DNA of 64,000 nucleotides from an uncultured Phycisphaerae bacterium (GTDB lineage Bacteria; Planctomycetota; Phycisphaerae; JAAYCJ01): NCBI GenBank assembly GCA_964563935.1, contig CAZLZE010000006.1, positions 119 to 64,118 of the forward strand, read 5' to 3'. Shown piece by piece: positions 57,563 to 64,000 of this stretch (position 1 is its first letter; each line of letters starts with the position of its first letter). The notes under the pieces were generated by a model. It saw only the letters and a program-made list of their open reading frames with translations, ran no database searches and was not told where the DNA came from. The position numbers and the translations under genes were made by a program.

Positions 57563-58153
57563 ATGATCGATTTTCACTGCAATATCTGTAATCAAAAGAT
57601 CTCCGTGAGCAACCAGCACTTGCGCAAAGCCGTCAGGTGCTTCAAGTGCGGCAATGTTCTCCAGGCCATTCCCGAAGTCCAGGTGGAATCGTCCGCTGAC
57701 GACGAGTCTCGTGCGTTGCATCCGGCCGATCAGGACCAGAAACCCACGCCGACCTCCGAACCGTCCGAATCTCTTCCCTCCAAAGAAGAAACGCCCCGCG
57801 CGCCTCGCACCTCCCGATCCTTGAACGCAATCTTTATCGCCGCCCTCGCTCTGACCTTCAGTTTCGCCAGCTACATGGCCGTCAAACAATTCCGGCCGAC
57901 GAAAACCGACCAGAAAGCATCCCCACAGATCGTCAAACCCTCTCCGCTTGCCGGACCGACCACAAAGCCCACGGCCGTGGGGCTCGTAGACCCCAACAAA
58001 CCATCACCGGAGTTGGCCCGCCCGCAAATTGACGAATCGCTCGAACCGATCCCGCCCAAGCCGATCACACCGTCCCCCATCGATCCTGCGCCTCCCGCTC
58101 CGCCAAAACCTGTAACGCCTCCTCCCATTGCCAAAGTCGAACCGACCGCTTAG
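57563..58153 (+). CDS. Zinc-ribbon (CxxC…CxxC) single-pass membrane protein with proline-rich C-terminal tail
   Basis: HCNICNQKIS…RCFKCGN zinc ribbon. TM helice AIFIAALALTFSFASYMAV. Low-complexity P/T/K-rich tail. Sits where yidC normally follows yidD. Confidence 0.5.
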   Translation: MIDFHCNICNQKISVSNQHLRKAVRCFKCGNVLQAIPEVQVESSADDESRALHPADQDQKPTPTSEPSESLPSKEETPRAPRTSRSLNAIFIAALALTFSFASYMAVKQFRPTKTDQKASPQIVKPSPLAGPTTKPTAVGLVDPNKPSPELARPQIDESLEPIPPKPITPSPIDPAPPAPPKPVTPPPIAKVEPTA

Positions 58154-58262
58154 GAGTCGCCGGCGGTGTCCCACGACTCAGCCGGTGTGACGCACCAACT
58201 CTTGCGTGCGTCTTCGCTCTTACCCCGGCCTTCGCTTCTTCGTCCCCTTGGTGCCTTTGTGG

Positions 58263-59087
58263 TTAATACTGAAAACTCGCGCTCCACCACGTGCTTTCAC
58301 TCGACAGCACGTAATGCTGTATCCGATTCCGCCATTCCACGTGCCCGTCACCGTAACCGACGTTCGTATCGACGAATGGCCCTCCGCCCTGGTATCCGCT
58401 CTGGGTGGAAGAATGACTGCTCGAATAAGGACGGTCCACGTCGCCCAACCCCGCGTACATCCACGACCCGTTCATGTCCGCCACGAGCACGTCTTTTCCG
58501 CTCGTGCTGATATGGGGACTCTGATTGGTGTGTTCGTTTCCCGAGTGGCTCCAATCCCACGCCAACGACTCTTCCAAGGGCTCAACGCCCGCGTACACGG
58601 CGTACCCTATGCGATAGCAAAGATGTCCGGGAAATGAATACTGCAGATCGATGAAATATACCTTCGACCACAGATCCAGATCCTCCCCCGTCAGATTGGT
58701 TGGGTTGTCCCACCTGGCCCATGGACTGTCCGAAGGGATCAGCGGGCACCACAGTACGTCCGCCTGCCGCCCCGCCACGCCGTACATCACACGTCGCATA
58801 TCGGTATGACCCGGGTCTGCCCACTGTACGACGTTCGGATTCCATGCCTTCCGCGGCGGAAACCGATCGTCGTTCTCTCCCGCATAAAGAGTCAGCCCCG
58901 TGATAACCTGACGGATATTATTGCTGCATGCCACCAGGCGGGCCCGTCGCTTCGCGCCCGAAAGAGCCGGCATCAAAACCGCCACCAGAACCGCGATCGT
59001 CGCCGTCACGACCAATAGCTCAATCAAGGTAAATCCCTGTCGTCGGTTTGCAGATGCTCCGCATTGTCTTCCGGGCAGAATCCTCAT
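58263..59087 (-). CDS. Prepilin-type N-terminal cleavage/methylation domain protein, DUF1559 family
   Basis: [25 protein letters not shown] motif. H…DGH motif (YGDGHVEWRN). Start ATG 59087 or 59120. Confidence 0.75.
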   Translation of the reverse strand: MRILPGRQCGASANRRQGFTLIELLVVTATIAVLVAVLMPALSGAKRRARLVACSNNIRQVITGLTLYAGENDDRFPPRKAWNPNVVQWADPGHTDMRRVMYGVAGRQADVLWCPLIPSDSPWARWDNPTNLTGEDLDLWSKVYFIDLQYSFPGHLCYRIGYAVYAGVEPLEESLAWDWSHSGNEHTNQSPHISTSGKDVLVADMNGSWMYAGLGDVDRPYSSSHSSTQSGYQGGGPFVDTNVGYGDGHVEWRNRIQHYVLSSESTWWSASFQY

Positions 59088-59143
59088 ATCATCTATAATA
59101 GCAGAAATACCCCAAAACACCTAGCCCCCACCGGTATTGCGAT

Positions 59144-60265
59144 TTATTCTTCCAGCAATTCCTCCGCCGTCAAGTGGTCGGTGAAGAGGGCGGTAATCAT
59201 CTTCTCTCTTCGGTTCAGGCACGCTCGCAGTGCCGGCACCCTCCGTTTGTCGCTTCCGCAGATAACAATCACCGTTCCCCCGTGGGATACGATTCGGTGT
59301 AACCCCCCGAGACCCAGTCCGATCGGTTTCAAGGCCCCGTCTCCAGGCTGGGTCGATCCAATCTCATTTCCGCTGGAATCGAAAAACCAGTTCGCGATCT
59401 CGCCCACTGCCCCGCGCGACCGCATCATCTTCACCTCATCCACCGTCAACAACTGTTGCTTCACGATGGTCATCTCGCTGTATCGTTTCTCGTTGTCGTC
59501 CACAAACCCAATACCCGTGATGGCAATTTCCGACCGGCTCAGCAGGTCCAGCGAGTTCTTTACCGGTTCGAGCTGCTCCACCACCTGGGCCTGGTACGGA
59601 TCCCGAATAATCGCCGGTGACGGCAAGTGACGGGGTATCGCATCAAACTTCCTCGCCAGTTCCAGCGCCAACTGATACGCCTCTCGCTCGGCCACCTGGA
59701 TACGGTTGCCTGTTCCCATGATCCCGACCATGGGCAGGATATACCGTTGAGGCTTGTTCAATTGCGTTACCGAGAACCGCTGCGCCGGCTGAACGTCCAG
59801 AACATGACTGACGAACAGACGCATCGCATAACCCCAGTTGATGCACACCACCTTGCCACCGAACGGATCATCCATCAGCGAATGGAAATAAATCCCCGCC
59901 GCCTGGCTTATCCGGTCCAGCACGATGTTCTGGAGATGACGGTCCTGTCCGCTGTAAGCATCAGAGTACCCTTCAATGACCTCAGCGTGCCTCAGGTTGA
60001 ACCTGGCTATCAACTGTGCTTCCAGCGGGCGGTTGTCCAGTGCTGCCCCGCCGGGACGAACGATCGCCACGGGCGGTTTGACCACAATCCCCATTTCCTC
60101 AGCCTTGGCCAGGGCCTTGCGGATTTGGGTGCGATTGTCCTGCTCAAATCCGAAAAACGCGGCAATCTCGCGTTCCGAGTAGCTCTGCTTGTACTTGAGC
60201 ATAGCCACTTCATACAGACAACTGGGGTCTTCCAAGTCGAAGGGACGCCGTGATTTCAGTGTCAT
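59144..60265 (-). CDS. SorC/DeoR-like sugar-binding transcriptional regulator
   Basis: N-terminal HTH region plus C-terminal putative sugar-binding domain (SorC family topology: …GIGFVDD…GAVGEIANWFFDSSGNEI…). 373 aa. Confidence 0.55.
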   Translation of the reverse strand: MTLKSRRPFDLEDPSCLYEVAMLKYKQSYSEREIAAFFGFEQDNRTQIRKALAKAEEMGIVVKPPVAIVRPGGAALDNRPLEAQLIARFNLRHAEVIEGYSDAYSGQDRHLQNIVLDRISQAAGIYFHSLMDDPFGGKVVCINWGYAMRLFVSHVLDVQPAQRFSVTQLNKPQRYILPMVGIMGTGNRIQVAEREAYQLALELARKFDAIPRHLPSPAIIRDPYQAQVVEQLEPVKNSLDLLSRSEIAITGIGFVDDNEKRYSEMTIVKQQLLTVDEVKMMRSRGAVGEIANWFFDSSGNEIGSTQPGDGALKPIGLGLGGLHRIVSHGGTVIVICGSDKRRVPALRACLNRREKMITALFTDHLTAEELLEE

Positions 60266-60613
60266 TGCGATACCTGCCTATGCTTCACGTCAAGACCTGC
60301 TCCGAATGTGGAAAAACTGTTGGTAGATAAGCTCTATACAGCTTGTCCATTGCGTCATTTTAGCAATTTTATGGATAAACGCCAGATTCTCTTTCAATAA
60401 ATGGTGGGTCGAATTTTAAGTAATGGAAAGATAATGCGTTATGCTGGTTCTATCTTTCCACAATCAGGCCGTCTATACGGTCTTTGGGAGTGCGGAAATA
60501 GGTTTTGGCGAGTCTCGCCTGGGTAAAACCCTGATAGCGTGTGGAAAAACGGTGATTATCTGCTAGTTTCTTGGAGAAAGAACCAAGGATTTATACTTAG
60601 CCTGGTTAGGAAC

Positions 60614-62188
60614 TTATCGGATGAATCGCATCTCTCCGACGTTCGGCACCAGCGGTGGGCCGCTCTGGAACATGCGGAACCCAGCCGGCCAGTAAACAAA
60701 GAACGCCTTGCCCACCATCTGATCGGCGGGCACGGTTCCCATCTTGTATTGCCCTTTATCGTACTTCGCTTGCAGGTGTGGGCCCACTTCGTACCAGAGT
60801 CGTGAATCCATGCTCTCCGGGCTGTTGTCGCCAAGCACGTAGTAGTCGCTTGGCCCCAGGTGGATCGGATTATTGACGACCCCGTGGCCGAGTTGTCCGG
60901 TCAGGGGAGTCCGGTCGAGTTCCGATGGCGTCTGGATTCGGACGGGACGGTAGTATACATCGCGCATCAGGTTCACATGCCAGAACTGGGCATCGAAATC
61001 CCGGGCTGTCATCTGGATAATCGGGGGTTCCTCTTCCGCCAGCAACTTCCGCAACTTATCCGTGTTAGGATGATACTGCTCATCTGTAGTCTGCAGGATC
61101 ACCTTCTTCCCGATCTTCAACTGAACGCGATAGTCCAGATTCTCGAAGCTGATAAGTTCGGGTGATTTGGGCGACATGCGGGGAATATCTGTCTCTGCCA
61201 GCAATTTCGGCTTGTTCTTGCCCGATTTGTAGTCAGCCCGGGTGGTGCGGAACAGCTGGGCCTTGCCGCTCGTGTTGATCCGGGCGATGAAGACATCGTC
61301 CCGTTTGCTCAGGACTATATCCACCTCGCCGTCGCCCCGGTGGACATTGAGCATGAACTCCAGCTTGATATCCGATACCGTGTACATCCGTCCTGCCTGC
61401 ATATCCGGATCGTCATAGGCGTAAAAATCCTGAACGTGGCCGTTGAAGGCGATCGTTCCCGGTTGGTCTTTCTTGTCTCCATGGAAGAACAGGACCCGCC
61501 CGGAGGTCTTCCACTGCTGGGTTTTGTCCACAGGCACCCATCCCGGCACGTCCGCCGGCGGGTCGTCGCGATCCCGGCGGGTCGGCAGGTAGTCGTTGTT
61601 GTAGACCAGGAACCACAGCGACTCCATGGCGATATCCGTCTTGCGGGCGATCTTGTCGTTGACGTATACGTCCCCATCGATCAGCTCGATCTTCTCGCCG
61701 GGCAAACCGATAAGCCGTTTGATGAAGTTGATATCCGGATTGGCCGGGTTCTTGAAGACCACTACGTCCCACCGCTTGGGACCCAGTGACGGTTTGAGCG
61801 AAGGGAACATCTCCGCCAGACCATATCCCAGTTTCATGACCAGAATCCGGTCGCCGCCATCCACCAGGAGCTGGCCGCCCCGCACGAGGTTCGCTGTCCG
61901 GTTGATCCATTTACAGTTCGGGCAGATCGTGATCTTCGGTACCCGTTGCTGAATCTCAAACGCGTAATCGTATCCGCAGTCGGGGCAAAGCGTCGTCTGA
62001 TGGGCGCCGTAAAGAGTAGGGGCCATGGACCCTGTCGGGATGCGGTACGCCTCGACGATGAACGCCCGGAACACGAAGGCGAGAATAAACGCGATGATGA
62101 TGGACTCGACGGTCTCCTTGGTCGAGCGACCGACGTGAGTCCACGTGACTTGTTCCTTGGCCTTCGGGTCCGTTGTTTTGCTAGTCAT
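60614..62188 (-). CDS. lepB: Signal peptidase I (S26), elongated form with inserted Cys4 zinc-ribbon
   Basis: Catalytic-Ser motif IPTGSMAPTL after an N-terminal TM helix. Inserted CPDCGYDY…CPNCKW. Conserved box motifs (GDNSPESMDSR). Start at 62188, 2 nt after the lepA stop. 524-535 aa. Confidence 0.75.
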   Translation of the reverse strand: MTSKTTDPKAKEQVTWTHVGRSTKETVESIIIAFILAFVFRAFIVEAYRIPTGSMAPTLYGAHQTTLCPDCGYDYAFEIQQRVPKITICPNCKWINRTANLVRGGQLLVDGGDRILVMKLGYGLAEMFPSLKPSLGPKRWDVVVFKNPANPDINFIKRLIGLPGEKIELIDGDVYVNDKIARKTDIAMESLWFLVYNNDYLPTRRDRDDPPADVPGWVPVDKTQQWKTSGRVLFFHGDKKDQPGTIAFNGHVQDFYAYDDPDMQAGRMYTVSDIKLEFMLNVHRGDGEVDIVLSKRDDVFIARINTSGKAQLFRTTRADYKSGKNKPKLLAETDIPRMSPKSPELISFENLDYRVQLKIGKKVILQTTDEQYHPNTDKLRKLLAEEEPPIIQMTARDFDAQFWHVNLMRDVYYRPVRIQTPSELDRTPLTGQLGHGVVNNPIHLGPSDYYVLGDNSPESMDSRLWYEVGPHLQAKYDKGQYKMGTVPADQMVGKAFFVYWPAGFRMFQSGPPLVPNVGEMRFIR

Positions 62189-63992
62189 TCGATCCGCTGT
62201 CTCCCTGATCAAGTACGGCAATGAACGCTTCCTGCGGGATCGCCACGTTTCCGACCTGCTTCATGCGCTTCTTGCCTTCCTTCTGTTTTTCCAGCAGTTT
62301 TCGCTTCCGCGTTATGTCTCCCCCATAACACTTGGCCAGCACGTTCTTCCGCATCGCCGGGATCGTCTCCCTCGCGATAACCCGGGATCCGATCGCCGAC
62401 TGAAGAGCGCACTCGAACATCTGTCGCGGAATCTCCTGTTTCAGTCTCAGCAGAATCCGCCGTCCACGGGTCTCCGCCACCGATCGGTGCACGATCACGG
62501 AAAGGGCATCCACCTTTTTCTGCGCTACCAGGATGTCCAGTTTCACCAGGTCGGACGCCAGGTATCCCGACAGTTCGTAGTCCATCGTCCCGTATCCGCG
62601 GGTAATGGTCTTGAGCTTATCATAAAAGTCATAAATGATTTCCGCCAGTGGAAACTGATATTTCAGCAAAACCCGCGTCGGCGACAGATATTCCGTCTGC
62701 TTGAAGATCCCCCGGCGGTTTTCCGCCAGCTTCATTACTCCGCCCACGCTGTCGGAAGGCGTGATGATGCTGGTGTCCACCATCGGTTCGCGAATTTCCA
62801 AAATCATCGACGGGTCGGGCATCTTGGCCGGGGAGTTGATCTTTACGACCGTTCCATCCGACATCACGACCTCGTAATTGACGCTCGGCGCCGTCTGCAC
62901 CACCGTGATCCCCGCTTCACGCTCCAGACGCTCCTGGATAATGTCCAGATGCAGCAAGCCCAGGAACCCGCAGCGGAACCCCAATCCCAATGCCTCGCTG
63001 TTTTCCGGAAAATAGGTGAACGACGCGTCGTTCAGGTGCAATTTTTCCAGGCCTTGCTTGAGGTGCAGGTATTCGGTGTCCGGGCCGGGGTAAAAGTCGC
63101 AAAAGACCATCTGCAGGGGGGGCTTGTATCCGGGAAGGGCCGCCGAGGCGGGCTGATTGACCAGCGTGATCGTGTCGCCCACGTTCACATCGCCCAATTC
63201 CTTGATATTCGCGATGCAGTATCCCACCTGGCCCGCTTCCAGCGTGTTCTGCGGGGTCATCGTCGGCCGAAGCTGTCCCAACTCGATAACCTGGTACGTC
63301 CGTCCCGAACTCATCAGCACGATTTTGTCGCCTTTGCGGATTCTCCCGTTGAAGATACGGATGTACGTGACCACGCCGCGATAATCGTCGTAGATCGAGT
63401 CGAAGATGAGCGCCTGCAGCGGAGCCTCCGGGTCGCCCTTGGGCGGCGGGAGCTTTGTCACGATGTTCTGAAGCAGTTCGTCGATCCCCACGCCCGACTT
63501 GGCTGAGATGTTGAGCGCGTCTTCCGCGGGCAGGCCCAAAACGTGTTCGATTTCCTCAGCCACCACTTCGGGTCGCGAGGCAGGAAGATCGATCTTGTTG
63601 ATGACGGGAATGATCTCCAAACCGTTCGCCGTCGCCAGGTACGCGTTGGCCACTGTCTGGGCCTGCACGCCCTGCGTCGCGTCCACGATCAACAGCGCTC
63701 CCTCACAGCTGGCCAGTGCCCGCGATACTTCATAATGGAAGTCCACGTGCCCCGGCGTGTCGATCATGTTCAGCTCGTATTGCTGACCCTGGTATTCGTA
63801 GGTCAGGGTGATGGCGCTGGCCTTGATCGTGATGCCTCGCTCACGCTCCAGGTCCATATCGTCCAGAATTTGTTCCCGCATCTGCCGCGAAGACACCGTG
63901 CCCGTCGTCTGAATCAGGCGGTCCGCCAGCGTGCTCTTGCCGTGGTCGATGTGGGCGATAATTGAGAAATTACGTCTGTTTTCAATTCCCAT
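62181..63992 (-). CDS. lepA: Elongation factor 4 (LepA)
   Basis: G-domain motifs (IIAHIDHGKSTL; DTPGHVDF; NKID). Full-length LepA architecture. 603 aa. Confidence 0.9.
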   Translation of the reverse strand: MGIENRRNFSIIAHIDHGKSTLADRLIQTTGTVSSRQMREQILDDMDLERERGITIKASAITLTYEYQGQQYELNMIDTPGHVDFHYEVSRALASCEGALLIVDATQGVQAQTVANAYLATANGLEIIPVINKIDLPASRPEVVAEEIEHVLGLPAEDALNISAKSGVGIDELLQNIVTKLPPPKGDPEAPLQALIFDSIYDDYRGVVTYIRIFNGRIRKGDKIVLMSSGRTYQVIELGQLRPTMTPQNTLEAGQVGYCIANIKELGDVNVGDTITLVNQPASAALPGYKPPLQMVFCDFYPGPDTEYLHLKQGLEKLHLNDASFTYFPENSEALGLGFRCGFLGLLHLDIIQERLEREAGITVVQTAPSVNYEVVMSDGTVVKINSPAKMPDPSMILEIREPMVDTSIITPSDSVGGVMKLAENRRGIFKQTEYLSPTRVLLKYQFPLAEIIYDFYDKLKTITRGYGTMDYELSGYLASDLVKLDILVAQKKVDALSVIVHRSVAETRGRRILLRLKQEIPRQMFECALQSAIGSRVIARETIPAMRKNVLAKCYGGDITRKRKLLEKQKEGKKRMKQVGNVAIPQEAFIAVLDQGDSGSND

Positions 63993-64000
63993 AGTCTCAC

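Noticed and set aside
62145-63506. 453-aa plus-strand ORF antisense to lepA/lepB
   Set aside because: Spans two genes and their junction. LepA G-domain motifs on the minus strand are clear.
1-64000. CRISPR arrays, IS elements, integrases and phage genes
   Set aside because: No short regularly spaced direct repeats, no transposase or integrase signatures and no phage structural genes were recognisable. The only exact repeat is the duplicated tRNA-Ala.

Overview
High-GC (~58-60%) chromosomal segment. Five prepilin-like DUF1559 'H-X9-DG' proteins, a PEP-CTERM sorting signal and dense CAZyme content point to a PVC-superphylum bacterium, most likely Planctomycetota; this is inference from sequence only. 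Coding density is high and mostly well supported. Two carbohydrate-utilisation loci, each with a LacI-family regulator and a DUF1559 protein. Locus 1 (11.3-21.6 kb): CBM-fused GH42-like enzyme, a GH42 beta-galactosidase and an 805-aa uncharacterised putative hydrolase. Locus 2 (34.8-47.6 kb): several glycoside-hydrolase-like proteins, a Gfo/Idh/MocA oxidoreductase and an MFS transporter. Housekeeping genes: pepA (M17 aminopeptidase), an MrfA-like DUF1998 helicase, UvrD/PcrA helicase, pcm, a GlcD/GlcF-like FAD/Fe-S oxidase, mnmG, transketolase, clpS, rnpA, yidD, lepB, lepA. Two 74-nt, 100% identical tRNA-Ala(GGC) genes sit 18.8 kb apart in direct orientation. Most unusual items: (i) a secreted, dockerin-bearing, PEP-CTERM-anchored protein with two DTG motifs ~190 residues apart, i.e. 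a bilobed pepsin-like aspartic protease candidate; (ii) a translationally coupled tandem pair of 4-TM membrane proteins with stand-alone C39-like Cys/His/Asp peptidase domains and no ABC transporter; (iii) a multi-Cys-cluster radical SAM enzyme start-stop coupled to pcm; (iv) a URO-D-like gene paired with a divergent AraC regulator. No CRISPR array, transposase or integrase was seen. Many long antisense ORFs in the six-frame track are high-GC artefacts.
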